Shown: positions 12,784-25,528 of the stretch, one piece after another | Layout of the letters: every line of letters starts with the position of its first letter | How positions within the stretch are numbered: position 1 is the stretch's first letter | From: Candidatus Oxydemutator sp. | GTDB taxonomy: Bacteria > Pseudomonadota > Gammaproteobacteria > Poriferisulfidales > Oxydemutatoraceae | Length of the DNA: 64,000 bases | Direction: 5' to 3' | Assembly (NCBI GenBank): GCA_965203445.1 | Contig: OZ241883.1 | Location: 1,312,001-1,376,000, forward strand | Translations under genes and position numbers: made by a program | Notes under the pieces: generated by a model | Told to the model about the DNA's origin: nothing | Database searches by the model: none | The model's input: only the letters and a program-made list of their open reading frames with translations

Positions 12784-13223
12784 GCCGCGTGGCGAGGGAG
12801 GCCATCGTGCCCTACACCTGCGCCCAGATGTACGAGTTGGTCACCGACGTCGATGCCTATCACCGGTTTGTGCCGTGGTGTCGTGCGACCTCGGCCGAGA
12901 CGCTCGCCGATGGCCGCGTGCGCGCGCGCCTCGAGATGCGCCACGCCGGCGTGGATTTGTCGTTCACGACCGTCAACCGCAACACGCCGGCGCACAGCGT
13001 CGAGATGGAAGGGGCCGAGGGGCCTTTCCGCCGGCTGCGCGGGCGTTGGGACTTCACGCCGCTGGGCGAAGACGGTTGCAAGGTCGCGCTGGCGGTGGAC
13101 TTCGAGTTCGCCGCGGCGCTGCACAAGATCCTGGTGCACCGGTTTTTCGGGCGCATCGTCGCGTCGCTGATGGACGCTTTCCTGGCACGCGCGGCGGCGC
13201 TTTACGGGCGTGGTCGGGCGTGA
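12780..13223 (+). CDS. ratA: RatA/PasT (SRPBCC/Coq10-like) protein
   Basis: ATG 12780 (ATGA overlap); MYELVTDVDAYHRFVPWC, GPFRRLRGRWDF. Confidence 0.92.
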   Translation: MSRVAREAIVPYTCAQMYELVTDVDAYHRFVPWCRATSAETLADGRVRARLEMRHAGVDLSFTTVNRNTPAHSVEMEGAEGPFRRLRGRWDFTPLGEDGCKVALAVDFEFAAALHKILVHRFFGRIVASLMDAFLARAAALYGRGRA

Positions 13224-13498
13224 TCGCGGTCGAGGTGGCCTATGCCGCGAGCGACCGGCGGCACGTCGTGCGCCTGTCGGTCGCGCCGGGTTGCAGCGTC
13301 GGCGACGCGATACGCATGTCCGGGCTGCTCGAGGAGTGCGCCGAAATTGACCTCGCCCGCAACGCGGTCGGCTTGTTTGGTCGCCGCGTTTCCTTGGAGC
13401 GCGTGCTCGCCGAAGGCGACCGCGTCGAGATCTACCGCCCGCTCAAGCGCGACCCGATGGCGGCGCGCCGCCACCGCGCACGGCGCTCGGGCACGTGA
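13220..13498 (+). CDS. ratB: RnfH-family ubiquitin-like protein RatB/PasI
   Basis: GTG 13220; VEVAYA, GDRVEIYRPL, DPMAARR. Confidence 0.92.
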   Translation: MIAVEVAYAASDRRHVVRLSVAPGCSVGDAIRMSGLLEECAEIDLARNAVGLFGRRVSLERVLAEGDRVEIYRPLKRDPMAARRHRARRSGT

Positions 13499-13499
13499 C

Positions 13500-13633
13500 A
13501 CGGGGCGACGGTTCCCGGCGTAGGGCCCGTAGTGTGCCGTGGTCAACCGCAAGTGCAGTGATTCACCCGCAACCTGCATTAGACATCTGGTGAACGGGTT
13601 GCTTGGATAGCATTGCATATAAGCCTGTTTCTT
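13500..13633 (-). pseudogene. Decayed C-terminal domain of DarG
   Basis: In frame after the macro-domain stop: MQCYPSNPFT..LMQVAGESLHLRLTTAHYGPYAGN, resembling the DarG C-domain signature (YFMQEAGEPLRL...YGPYAEN). Confidence 0.65.
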
Positions 13634-14104
13634 TTAATCGGGCGTCGGCCCGCCGCCCGGTTCGAATACGACGACCTGGACACCGTCCAGCTCCTGCAGG
13701 GCCGCTTGTATGCGGTCGCGCACCGCCGGCCAGTCCAGCCCGCCAAGGCCGCTGCCGAGCGCGGGGATGGCGACCGAGCGAATGTTGCGCACCCGGATTT
13801 CTTCGACAAGCGCCTGCAAACCGGACTCTATGTCCGCAATGCGGCTTTTGTCTCGCCAGTGTCGTTTGGTCGGAAAGTTGATGACGTAGCGGGGTGAGGC
13901 AAGTCCGTTCGTCTCAAAGACAAACACGCGCCCCGGCCGCATTTCACCGTGCTTACAACGGGCGGCGTAGGCCGCAAAGTTTTCGGGAAAGGCGCGCTTG
14001 AACTGGAGCGCAATTCCGCGCCCCATAACGCCGACACAGTTGACGGCGTTGACCAGGGCCTCGGCTTCTTGCGCGAGGACGTCCCCGGTTTTGTATTCGA
14101 TCAC
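13634..14104 (-). CDS. darG: Macro-domain ADP-ribosylhydrolase (DarG N-terminal domain only)
   Basis: ALVNAVNCVGVMGRGIALQFK, INFPTKRHW, AIPALGSGLGGLDW. Confidence 0.9.
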   Translation of the reverse strand: MIEYKTGDVLAQEAEALVNAVNCVGVMGRGIALQFKRAFPENFAAYAARCKHGEMRPGRVFVFETNGLASPRYVINFPTKRHWRDKSRIADIESGLQALVEEIRVRNIRSVAIPALGSGLGGLDWPAVRDRIQAALQELDGVQVVVFEPGGGPTPD

Positions 14105-14123
14105 GACGGTCTCCCCGCCGCCG

Positions 14124-14255
14124 CTAATGATACCGCCCGTGCTTGACTTCGACAGGTGGCTTGGGCGTGGTGGCTTGTAGCGCTTCCTCGATAATCGAGG
14201 GCAGGCGGTCGGTGTGGACGACGTGGTAAATCTTCGGGTCGGCGGGTTCGGGCAT
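14124..14255 (-). pseudogene. darT: Internally deleted DarT (DUF4433) toxin remnant, 43 aa
   Basis: MPEPADPKIYHVVHTDRLPSII (DarT-like N-terminus) fused in frame to EEALQATTPKPPVEVKHGRYH* (resembles the C-terminal P.VE....WYY*); directly upstream of darG. Confidence 0.8.
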
Positions 14256-14257
14256 CG

Positions 14258-15445
14258 TCAAGCGGCTGCTTGTCGGTGGTACGCGAGGACGTCGGTCATC
14301 AGGCTTGGGATGCCCGGCACATAGGCGCCCATTCCTTTTTCGGTTTTTACTCCTCTGGGTGCCCAGATGTATCCCCGGTCTACAAGGCGTTCGCGCACTT
14401 CCTCGATGCGCTGTTCCGCCGTCGCCCGTTGTTCTTCCGACAGCGAAGCCGCTATTGCCTTGTTGATTTCATCCTCGGTCAGCGCTTCCGTGTTTGCGTA
14501 CGCGCTTGCCACCGCCGCCGCCGCCGTCGCGATCTTCAGTTTTCTTAGTTCCTCGCGTCGCCCTTGGTAGAACCTTTCTTTTTTCTGGTCGAAAGCCTGT
14601 TTCGCGCGCTTTGCCTCAGCATTTGTGATCGCGCTCGTCTTGCCGTTGCTCTTCGCTTCTTCCCAGAGGTTTTTCCCCCACAACTGAAGGAAGTACGGAT
14701 AGCCCTGGGTTTCCCTGACTATTTTCTCCAGCACCTCGTCGTCCACCTCGTAGCCTTCTTTTTCGAGCGGCACCTGGATTGCTTCTTTGGTGGCCTTTTC
14801 CCCCAGTGGTTGCAACGGCAGGATTTCCGAGCGTTCGATGAACGTCGCCTCCATCGCCCTCAGATGATTCATCAGGCCGGGAGTGCCCGCCAACACCAGC
14901 AGCAACGGGTTCTGGCCTCGTCTCGTCACCTGAGCCGCGTTAAACAGGAGCAGTCCTACCTTTGCATTCAGGATATGTGCTTCGTCAATCAGAATGACCA
15001 GCGGCCTCTTTTTTGTCCTCTGCGCCAGCACCTGTTTCAGCGACGTTTCTCCGTCTTGTCGCTTCATGTCCGCTCCCGCCGAGACGCCCGCCACGCTGAT
15101 CCTGGCGTTACGCAGCATGGAGAGGATTCCTCTCGGTGTCAGCTCTATGACGAGTTGGCCGACGGATTCAATCTCCGCGGCGCTGGTGTCGAGGATCTCG
15201 AATTTGCGCCGTTGCGCCTCGGTCGCGATCCACGTCAGCAGGCAGGTCTTTCCGTTGCCTCGGGGACCGTAGAGGATGAGATTCGCCGGCGGCGGTTCGC
15301 CGATCTCCATTACGTCCAATATTTGCGATACCGCGCTTTTTTCTTCTTCGCGGCCCGCGAGATGCGGCGGCGTGCTGCCCTCGCCGGGGCGGAAAGGATT
15401 GACCTGTTTCAGTTTGGCCATGACGGCTTTGTATTGTACAACCAT
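14258..15445 (-). CDS. AAA/STAND-like P-loop ATPase (AAA_16-type) with C-terminal helical/wHTH region
   Basis: NPFRPG...PPHLAGRE, Walker A GPRGNGKT, Walker B ILIDEAH, LAGTP, TQGYPYFLQLWG; start may be ATG 15421. Confidence 0.85.
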   Translation of the reverse strand: MVVQYKAVMAKLKQVNPFRPGEGSTPPHLAGREEEKSAVSQILDVMEIGEPPPANLILYGPRGNGKTCLLTWIATEAQRRKFEILDTSAAEIESVGQLVIELTPRGILSMLRNARISVAGVSAGADMKRQDGETSLKQVLAQRTKKRPLVILIDEAHILNAKVGLLLFNAAQVTRRGQNPLLLVLAGTPGLMNHLRAMEATFIERSEILPLQPLGEKATKEAIQVPLEKEGYEVDDEVLEKIVRETQGYPYFLQLWGKNLWEEAKSNGKTSAITNAEAKRAKQAFDQKKERFYQGRREELRKLKIATAAAAVASAYANTEALTEDEINKAIAASLSEEQRATAEQRIEEVRERLVDRGYIWAPRGVKTEKGMGAYVPGIPSLMTDVLAYHRQAAA

Positions 15446-15457
15446 TATTTGTTTCTC

Positions 15458-16327
15458 CTAATCGGGCGCCGGCGCGCCCGCCGGTCGCGGTTCGTCTTTG
15501 CGCACGCGCCAGAACACCGGGAAGCGCGGCAATCCGCTTGTGGTGCGGCCGTGGTGTCTGAACGTTATGCTGCTGCCTATCGGCGGCGGCTCGCGGCGTT
15601 GGGCGTCGCTGAAGCCGCCGCCGATTTTGAAGCGCGTGCCGTCGTCGGCCTCCACCGTGATGCTGCCCATGACGCCGGCGAACTTGCCCTTGCCGGGGTT
15701 GTGCGCGACGACGCGCGCCTCGGCGTCGTCGAATTTCTTGAGTTTCAGCAGGTCGCCGGAACGCCCGCCGCGGTAGCGCGAGCGGTTGCGCCGCAGCATC
15801 AGTCCCTCGCCGCCGGCGGCGGTGACGGCGTCGAGTTTTGCGATAAGCGCCGCGTTGTCGCGGACTTTGTACTGGCGCACGAGCGCAAGATACGGGCTTG
15901 CGGCGGCGGCCACGACCGCGCGCAGTTCGCGCAGGCGTCGCTCGAACACCCGCGCCGACGGCAGGTCGAAGACCTGGTAGCGAACTTTGCGCCACCCTTC
16001 GTGCGGTGCTGCGCGGGTTACTATCGAGACGGTCTCGGCGAAGCGCCCGCGCCCGACCCACAGTTCGCCGTCGAGCGGCGTCGGGGGGAAACCGTCGGTG
16101 AACCAGGGCGGTGCGGCGAACGTGTTGCCGCCGCGCGAGATCAGCCGCGTTCCGTCCCAGCGCGCGCGCACGCCGTCGAGCTTCTCGCTGACCCAGTAGT
16201 CGTCAAGGTCGAGGCCGCCGGCGTATTTCGAGGCCAGGGCGAAGTCCGCGGCCTGGGCCTGGAAGGCGCCCGCGAGCAGCGCGCATGCCGCGATACCGCC
16301 GCTGATTTTTCGCAGTGTTCGAACCAT
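15458..16327 (-). CDS. Minimal ATP-dependent DNA ligase with signal peptide (Lig E type)
   Basis: Signal peptide ending AQA-A; motif I SEKLDGVR, LDGELW, VFDLP, EGLMLR, LLKLK; OB domain with PRFPVF. Confidence 0.92.
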   Translation of the reverse strand: MVRTLRKISGGIAACALLAGAFQAQAADFALASKYAGGLDLDDYWVSEKLDGVRARWDGTRLISRGGNTFAAPPWFTDGFPPTPLDGELWVGRGRFAETVSIVTRAAPHEGWRKVRYQVFDLPSARVFERRLRELRAVVAAAASPYLALVRQYKVRDNAALIAKLDAVTAAGGEGLMLRRNRSRYRGGRSGDLLKLKKFDDAEARVVAHNPGKGKFAGVMGSITVEADDGTRFKIGGGFSDAQRREPPPIGSSITFRHHGRTTSGLPRFPVFWRVRKDEPRPAGAPAPD

Positions 16328-16444
16328 GATGCACGAGGCCCGGGCCCGTCGCCCGCGCCGCGCGAGTATCGTCGAACCGATTGCCGTTTGCGGCGTCGGC
16401 GGATGAACGGTATCAAATGGCCGACGAAGAAGCGCCCGGGTGTC

Positions 16445-16870
16445 TCAGGTCTGCGACCGCCGGGGACGCAGTTTGCGCACGCGCGTTACGCGGTCGCCGT
16501 CGAAGAACAACGTCAGCTTGAAGTACTTCTGCTTTTCTTTTTGCAGAGAGTCGAGGTAGTAGATGTAATCCCAGCGCTCGTCGTGAAACATGCTGGGCAG
16601 CACCGGTTGGCCGAGCAGATAGACGACCTGCTCCCTGGTCAGCCCCGGTTTGACGCGCGCTATGGTGTCGCCGTCGAGCAGGTTTCCCTGCGAGATGTCC
16701 ATCCGGTAAAAACGGTAGAACTCGCTGGAGAACATTTTGCTGAAATAGTCGCCGGCTTCCCGCCCGGCGCCGCCGGAACAGCCGCCGACGAGCAAAAACA
16801 GCGCGATCAGCGCCGATTTTCGCAAGCGCTTCGGTGATTTCTTTCCGTCGAGGGGTTCGGGTGGTACCAT
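16445..16870 (-). CDS. bamE: Outer-membrane assembly lipoprotein BamE
   Basis: Lipobox VGGC; YRMDISQGN, GLTREQVVYLLGQP, RWDYIY; divergent from fur. Confidence 0.93.
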   Translation of the reverse strand: MVPPEPLDGKKSPKRLRKSALIALFLLVGGCSGGAGREAGDYFSKMFSSEFYRFYRMDISQGNLLDGDTIARVKPGLTREQVVYLLGQPVLPSMFHDERWDYIYYLDSLQKEKQKYFKLTLFFDGDRVTRVRKLRPRRSQT

Positions 16871-16917
16871 GCCTTATTATAAACCGCATCGGCGCCGATT
16901 ATCCGCCGGAGAAGAGT

Positions 16918-17358
16918 ATGCAAAAACAGGATCTGAAAAAAGCCGGTCTCAAGGTAACCATACCGCGTATGAGGATACTGGAGATCATGGAGCACTCCGA
17001 GGAGCGTCACATGACGGCCGAGGACATCTATCGCAAACTCCTCGATGAGCGGGAGGAAATCGGCCTGGCAACGGTGTACCGGGTGTTGACCCAGTTCGAG
17101 GCCGCCGGCATCGTCTTACGCCACCATTTTTCCGAGAAGGGTTCGGCTTGCTACGAGATCGATCACGGCGGTCACCATGACCACATGGTGTGCACGCAGT
17201 GCGGCGAGATCACCGAGTTCATGGACAAAACCATCGAGCAGCGCCAATGCGAGATCGCCAAACGGCACGGCTACTCGATCCACGACCACTCGCTGGTGAT
17301 GTACGTGGATTGCCTGGACGAGGACTGCAAAAACCGCAAGTCCCCGCGCGACGGATAA
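16918..17358 (+). CDS. fur: Ferric uptake regulator
   Basis: LKKAGLKVTIPR, IGLATVYRVLTQFE, HHDHMVC. Confidence 0.97.
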   Translation: MQKQDLKKAGLKVTIPRMRILEIMEHSEERHMTAEDIYRKLLDEREEIGLATVYRVLTQFEAAGIVLRHHFSEKGSACYEIDHGGHHDHMVCTQCGEITEFMDKTIEQRQCEIAKRHGYSIHDHSLVMYVDCLDEDCKNRKSPRDG

Positions 17359-17433
17359 AGCGCGGGCGACGCGCCCCGAAAACAGCCCCGCGTTCGCCGC
17401 GGGTGCGGCGGCGCCGCGGCCAGCCGCGCGGCT

Positions 17434-19113
<1,680 letters not shown>

Positions 19114-19152
19114 CGTCGCTTGCGGTTCAAGGTGCTGGTCGCGTCTCCCCGG

Positions 19153-20040
19153 TCATAGTTTCTCGCTCCACTTGAGCTTGGTTCTGAGGGTCTCGAAGTA
19201 ATTGTGCGCAAGCGGCTGGATCAGTTTCAGTTTGTGCGCGAGCGGCCTGGTCACGACCTGATCGCCGGCCTCCATGTCGCGGCGTATCTGCCCGTCTATC
19301 GCCAGCACCGCCTTGTCGGTCTCGGACGGCGACACCGTCACCTCGATGGTTTCCTTCGAGCTTACGACCAGCGGCCGGTGGCTCAGCGTGTGCGGGCAGA
19401 TCGGTACCAGCAGCGTCGCCTCTATCGTCGGTTCGAGCAGCGGCCCGCCGCTCGACAGCGCGTAGGCGGTGGAACCGGTCGGGGTCGCGACGATGATGCC
19501 GTCCGACCAGATCGTGTTCAGAAACACCCCGTCTATGCGGGTTTCCATCTCGATCATGCGCGCCGGGTTTTTGTTGCGCACCGTCACGTCGTTGCAGGCG
19601 GCGAACCGTTCCAGGCGTTTCCCGTCGCGTACGTGCGTGGCGGCGAGCATCGCGCGTTCCTCGAGACGATACTCGCCCGCCAATATCGCGTCGAACCGTT
19701 CACGAAATCCGTGCGGCGGAATTTCGACGAGAAAGCCGAGCCGCCCCAGATTAACGCCGATGATCGGCACGCCGTGCGCGGCGCAGACGTGGCCCGCCTG
19801 GAGCAGCGTGCCGTCGCCGCCGACGGCGATCATCAGTTCGCAACGTCGCGCCAGCTCGGCGCGCGGCGCGAACGCGACCGCCGCGCGTGCCGAGACGTAG
19901 CCGCGGTCCTCGTCGCACACGGTCAGCGAGTCAAAGCGTTCGAGCAGGTAGGCGCACAGGCGGTCGCCGATCTCGCGCACTTCGTCGCCGCCGTGCTTCA
20001 GCATCAGGCCGACGCTTCTGACTTTGCGGATATCTTCCAT
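19153..20040 (-). CDS. nadK: NAD kinase
   Basis: GGDGT, GVNLGRLGFL, ND, TPTGSTAYALSSGGP; start ATG 20040. Confidence 0.96.
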   Translation of the reverse strand: MEDIRKVRSVGLMLKHGGDEVREIGDRLCAYLLERFDSLTVCDEDRGYVSARAAVAFAPRAELARRCELMIAVGGDGTLLQAGHVCAAHGVPIIGVNLGRLGFLVEIPPHGFRERFDAILAGEYRLEERAMLAATHVRDGKRLERFAACNDVTVRNKNPARMIEMETRIDGVFLNTIWSDGIIVATPTGSTAYALSSGGPLLEPTIEATLLVPICPHTLSHRPLVVSSKETIEVTVSPSETDKAVLAIDGQIRRDMEAGDQVVTRPLAHKLKLIQPLAHNYFETLRTKLKWSEKL

Positions 20041-20383
20041 CGGGTTGCCTCGTTTTGTGGCACCCCATTTTATAGGAAAGTCGGCGGGCGCCCCATGAGC
20101 GCGGGAGACATTTTGCCGTTCCGATCGCGCGGTTTCAGTCCGACTATTCCCGCGTCGGCGGGACGAGCCCGCGTATCCTCCCGTGAGATTCGGTGCAGCG
20201 CCGGTGATCAGACCAAAGCGGAAAAGTCCTATTGGCAAGCCATTCCATTGTGTCCGCGTGGACTGGCGCGGCCTGCACGAAAGTCCGCGCCCGGCCCTCC
20301 CGGAGAGAGCGCCAATAAGTGTTTTCTAAGGCGTTGATTACTCTGCGGAATATGCGCGTCGCACCGGGTTTCGCCGGGTTTCC

Positions 20384-20412
20384 CTTGAAACCCCTCGTGT
20401 TGCTCTCCATAT
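20384..20412 (+). promoter_or_regulatory. Sigma-32 (RpoH) promoter for grpE
   Basis: CTTGAAA-N14-CTCCATAT vs consensus CTTGAA-N13-17-CCCCATAT, ending 42 nt before grpE. Confidence 0.75.
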
Positions 20413-20454
20413 ATTCCTTACAGGGCCGCCTTTGCTCGGCCGTCGCTGGAAACC

Positions 20455-21123
20455 ATGAATGACGTAAGGGACCAGAAGGGAACGTCGTCGGCGGATGCTC
20501 CGGTAGAGGGGCCGACTGCCGTCGGCGAACCTGCACCCGACGAGGAGGACGTCGCGTCGGACGATCTGGCGGCGCGGTTGCAGGAAGCCGAGCGCCAGGT
20601 CGCGGAGAACCGCGACCAGTGGTTGCGGGCGCAGGCCGAGATGGAAAACCTGCGCAAGCGCACCGAGCGGCAGCTGGAACAGGCGAGAAAATACGCCATC
20701 GAGGGCTTCGCCTTCGAGATGCTGACCGTCAAGGACAACCTGGAGTTGGCTTTGCGCGAAGGCGAGGGCGGGTCGGGCGATGCGTCCGGCGAGAACAATC
20801 GGCGCGAGGGCGTCGAGTTGACGCTGAAAGTGCTGACACAGGCGTTCGACAAGTTCGGAATCGAGGAGATCAATCCGCGCGAAGAGTCATTCGATCCCGA
20901 ACGTCACCAGGCGATGTTGACGCAACCGAGCGACGAACATCCGCAAGGCACGGTGTTGAGCGTGATGCAGAAGGGCTATTCGGTGTGCGGACGCCTGCTG
21001 CGCCCGGCGTTGGTCGCGGTCGCCGGCGCCACACCGGACGGCGACGACGACGGCAACGGCAACAGCGGCGACGACGGTGGCGACGCCGAAAATCTCAAAC
21101 CGCCGAAGGAAAAGGGTTTATAA
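20455..21123 (+). CDS. grpE: Nucleotide exchange factor GrpE
   Basis: LRAQAEMENLRKR, DNLELAL, FDPERHQAM, QKGY..GRLLRPALV. Confidence 0.97.
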   Translation: MNDVRDQKGTSSADAPVEGPTAVGEPAPDEEDVASDDLAARLQEAERQVAENRDQWLRAQAEMENLRKRTERQLEQARKYAIEGFAFEMLTVKDNLELALREGEGGSGDASGENNRREGVELTLKVLTQAFDKFGIEEINPREESFDPERHQAMLTQPSDEHPQGTVLSVMQKGYSVCGRLLRPALVAVAGATPDGDDDGNGNSGDDGGDAENLKPPKEKGL

Positions 21124-21145
21124 ACCCCTGCAAACGCAGCGAAAG

Positions 21146-21173
21146 CCTTAGAAAGTGGGATTTTCCCCCATAA
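21146..21173 (+). promoter_or_regulatory. Possible sigma-32 promoter for dnaK
   Basis: CCCCATAA -10 box at 21166-21173 with a degenerate CCTTAGAAA -35. Confidence 0.4.
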
Positions 21174-21214
21174 CAATACTGAAATAGCAAAAATAAGCGA
21201 AAAGGAGACAGGCA

Positions 21215-23143
<1,929 letters not shown>

Positions 23144-23284
23144 TTGGAACCTCGTGGCGCGGCGTCAAGCGGCGCGGCGCCAAGCCTCGCGGGGCGGCGT
23201 TGCGACGCCCCGTTGTCGTCCTTTGTCGCCTGTAAGAACAGCCGAGGCGCGGGCGTAACCGGCGGGAGACAAGCGGTGTAGAGC

Positions 23285-24457
23285 ATGGCCAAGCGCGATT
23301 ACTACGAAGTCCTGGGCGTGTCGCGCCAGGCCGGCGACGAGCAGATACGCAACGCGTATCGCAAGCTCGCGATGAAGCATCACCCCGACCGCAATCAGGG
23401 GGACGAGAAAGCCGCGGCGAGTTTCAAGCAGGCCAAGGAAGCCTACGAGGTATTGTCCGACGCGCGCAAGCGCGCCGCCTACGACCAGTTCGGGCACGCC
23501 GGCGTGGATGCGTCGGCGGCGGCAGGCTTCGGCGGCGGCGGCGGCTTCGGTGGCGGCGGCGGCTTTCACGACGTCTTCGGCGACATCTTCGACGACTTTT
23601 TCGGCGCCGTGCGCGGGCACGGCGGCCGCGGCGCGCGCACGGGCCAGCGCACCGCCTATCGTGGCCGCGATCTCGAATACGAGTTGCGTCTGACCCTCGT
23701 GGAGGCGGCCTTCGGCGTCGAGAAGAACATCCGCGTCACGTCCATGCAGTCGTGCAACCGCTGCGACGGCAAGGGTGCCGAACCGGGCAGCGGCCTGCGC
23801 GACTGCCCGACCTGCCACGGCGACGGCCGGGTGCGGATGCAGCAGGGCTTCTTCTCGATCCAGCAGACTTGCCCGCATTGCCGCGGCCGGGGGCGCATCA
23901 TCGAGAAGCCGTGCGGCGATTGCGGCGGCGCCGGGCGCATGCGCGGCACGAAGACGCTGTCGGTGAAAATCCCCGCCGGCGTGAACCGCGAGGATCGCGT
24001 GCGTCTGTCCGGCGAAGGCGAGGCCGGCGCCGGCGGCGGCCCGCCCGGCGACCTTTACATAGTCGTGGACGTCGAACCGCATGAGGTGTTCGAGCGCGAC
24101 CACGCCGACCTGCTGATAGAGGTGCCGATCTCGTTTGCGACCGCGGCCTTGGGCGGCGAGGTCGAGGTGCCGACGCTGGCCGGGCGCGTCAAGCTGAAAG
24201 TTCCGGCGGGAACCCAGAGCGACAAATTGCTGAGGATACGCGGCAAGGGCATCCAGTCGGTGCGCGAACGAACCGTAGGCGACCTGATTTGCCGCGCGCG
24301 CGTCGAGACCCCGGTGAACCTGACCGCCCGCCAGAAGGAACTGCTGCGCGAACTCGACGATACGCTGAGCGCTACCTCGCACAAGCACATGCCTAAGGCC
24401 GGGCGTTGGATGGAAGGCATCAGGAACTTCTTTGAAAACCTGGATCTGAAGCTGTAG
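23285..24457 (+). CDS. dnaJ: Chaperone DnaJ
   Basis: J-domain HPD, G/F-rich region, four CxxCxGxG repeats. Confidence 0.99.
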   Translation: MAKRDYYEVLGVSRQAGDEQIRNAYRKLAMKHHPDRNQGDEKAAASFKQAKEAYEVLSDARKRAAYDQFGHAGVDASAAAGFGGGGGFGGGGGFHDVFGDIFDDFFGAVRGHGGRGARTGQRTAYRGRDLEYELRLTLVEAAFGVEKNIRVTSMQSCNRCDGKGAEPGSGLRDCPTCHGDGRVRMQQGFFSIQQTCPHCRGRGRIIEKPCGDCGGAGRMRGTKTLSVKIPAGVNREDRVRLSGEGEAGAGGGPPGDLYIVVDVEPHEVFERDHADLLIEVPISFATAALGGEVEVPTLAGRVKLKVPAGTQSDKLLRIRGKGIQSVRERTVGDLICRARVETPVNLTARQKELLRELDDTLSATSHKHMPKAGRWMEGIRNFFENLDLKL

Positions 24458-24487
24458 GCCGAGCGGCCGGTTTGATGACCTGCGGCG

Positions 24488-24509
24488 GGCGCCGCCTTGG
24501 CGCCTTTTT
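24488..24509 (+). terminator. Probable intrinsic terminator after dnaJ
   Basis: GGCGCC-GCCTT-GGCGCC followed by TTTTT. Confidence 0.55.
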
Positions 24510-24676
24510 GGTGCTGCTGGTGGCGCTGAAAGCCAAGCGGCAGCCTTGTTCCCGCTCCTCCTCCATTCTCGTACAACCCCCGTGAAAGCGGGAACCCGAA
24601 TCCGGTAAGAAACCAGGCGCCGTCGCCACGAATGTATATAATCCCCGTTTTCATTCATCAGGTTTTTCTTTGAGCG

Positions 24677-25507
24677 ATGCAGACCTCCGACAAAACTTCC
24701 CCACGTGCCGTTCGCGTCGCAATACACGGCGCCGAGGGGCGCATGGGCTGCGCCCTGGTTGCAGCCACAACGTCTTTTGCGGGACTGGCGCTGGCGCGCG
24801 CTTTTACGTACCCCGATTCTCCGCGCACTGGCGACGACGCCGGCATGGTCGCCGGCTGCGGTGAGACGGGCGTGGCGCTCGAATCGTCGGCCGCGGTCGC
24901 CGCCGCCGACTTCGACGTGTTGATTGACTTCTCGATACCGCAAGCCACTTTGCAGGTGTTGTCCGCGTGTGTTGCGGCGCGCCGCGCGATGGTCGTCGGC
25001 ACCACCGGTTTTGCGCCCGCGCAGGCGGACGCGCTCGAAGCCGCGGCCGGGACGATACCGTTGGTGGTCGCGCCCAACATGAGCATCGGCGTCAACCTGT
25101 GCCTTACGCTGCTGCGACAAGCCGCGACCGCGCTCGGCGCCGATGCCGACGTCGAGATCATCGAGGCGCACCACCGCCACAAAATAGACGCGCCGTCCGG
25201 CACCGCGCTGAAGATGGGCGAAGTCGTGGCCGCCGCCACCGGCCGCGACCTTAAGCAATGCGCCGTGTACGAACGCCACGGGCAGACCGGCGAACGCCCC
25301 GAAGGCGCAATCGGCTTCCAGAGCATCCGCGCCGGCGACGTCGTGGGCGACCACACCGTGATCTTCGCGCTCGCGGGCGAACGCGTGGAAATCTCGCACA
25401 AAGCCGCCAGCCGCCTGGCTTTCGTACGCGGCGCCCTGCACGCCGCCAAGTGGATCGCGAACCGCCCCCCGGGACTATACGACGTGAGGGACGTGCTGGG
25501 TTTGTGA
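24677..25507 (+). CDS. dapB: 4-hydroxy-tetrahydrodipicolinate reductase
   Basis: GAEGRMG, IDFS, GTTG, EAHHRHKIDAPSGTA, RAGDVVGDH. Confidence 0.97.
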   Translation: MQTSDKTSPRAVRVAIHGAEGRMGCALVAATTSFAGLALARAFTYPDSPRTGDDAGMVAGCGETGVALESSAAVAAADFDVLIDFSIPQATLQVLSACVAARRAMVVGTTGFAPAQADALEAAAGTIPLVVAPNMSIGVNLCLTLLRQAATALGADADVEIIEAHHRHKIDAPSGTALKMGEVVAAATGRDLKQCAVYERHGQTGERPEGAIGFQSIRAGDVVGDHTVIFALAGERVEISHKAASRLAFVRGALHAAKWIANRPPGLYDVRDVLGL

Positions 25508-25528
25508 TTTGTCCATGAGAAATAAGAT

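Noticed and set aside
11422-13498. NSS transporter-ratA-ratB next to smpB as a novel TA locus
   Set aside because: Arrangement known from other Gammaproteobacteria; RatA is a conserved Coq10-like protein.
20041-20454. hrcA remnant or CIRCE element between nadK and grpE
   Set aside because: No recognisable HrcA coding trace or TTAGCACTC-N9-GAGTGCTAA; a sigma-32 promoter is present instead.
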